Shown here piece after piece: positions 37,289-37,304 of a stretch of DNA of 37,304 nucleotides. The position numbers were made by a program, and so were the translations under genes. The notes under the pieces were generated by a model. That model saw only the letters and a program-made list of their open reading frames with translations, was not told the DNA's origin and ran no database searches. This DNA is from Burkholderiaceae bacterium. GTDB taxonomy: Bacteria > Pseudomonadota > Gammaproteobacteria > Burkholderiales > Burkholderiaceae_D. Location: contig DATJCV010000371.1 in NCBI GenBank assembly GCA_035497775.1, positions 1-37,304 on the forward strand, written 5' to 3'. Numbering within the stretch: the first letter of the stretch is position 1; each line of letters starts with the position of its first letter.

Positions 37289-37304
37289 AGAGATATTCGA
37301 AGAA

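Overview
This window is almost entirely a flagellar regulon from a high-GC proteobacterium. The gene order and the FlhF/FlhG pair suggest a Burkholderiales-type betaproteobacterium, but that is inference only. The layout is: a 5'-truncated FliK-like gene, a stand-alone FlhB-C-terminal-like gene and ycgR (+); fliE (-) divergent from fliFGHIJKLMNOPQR (+); flgLKJIHGFEDCB (-) divergent from flgAMN (+); two non-flagellar genes, a signal-peptide beta-barrel protein (+) and a low-affinity iron permease family protein (-); motB-motA-fliA-flhG-flhF-flhA-flhB (-); and a COX15/CtaA family gene (-). I saw no rRNA, tRNA, CRISPR array, transposase or integrase. Many long ORFs in the track are GC-rich antisense or off-frame shadows of these genes, and several ORFs carry spurious N-terminal extensions from upstream GTG/TTG/ATG codons. 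The protein-coding content is conventional. The most unusual signal is non-coding: a bipartite motif, GGAGTAT then 46 non-conserved nt then GGAGTAT (invariant 53-bp register), occurs five times. Every copy sits in an AT-richer intergenic patch, including unexpected ~200-bp gaps that split fliI/fliJ and motA/motB, and an inverted pair flanks a 350-bp structured core between ycgR and fliE. Secondary observations are a degenerate P-loop in FlhG, an orphan FliK-like/FlhB-CTD-like gene pair, a passenger-less inverse-autotransporter-like barrel, and a 3 x 14-aa tandem repeat in FliK.
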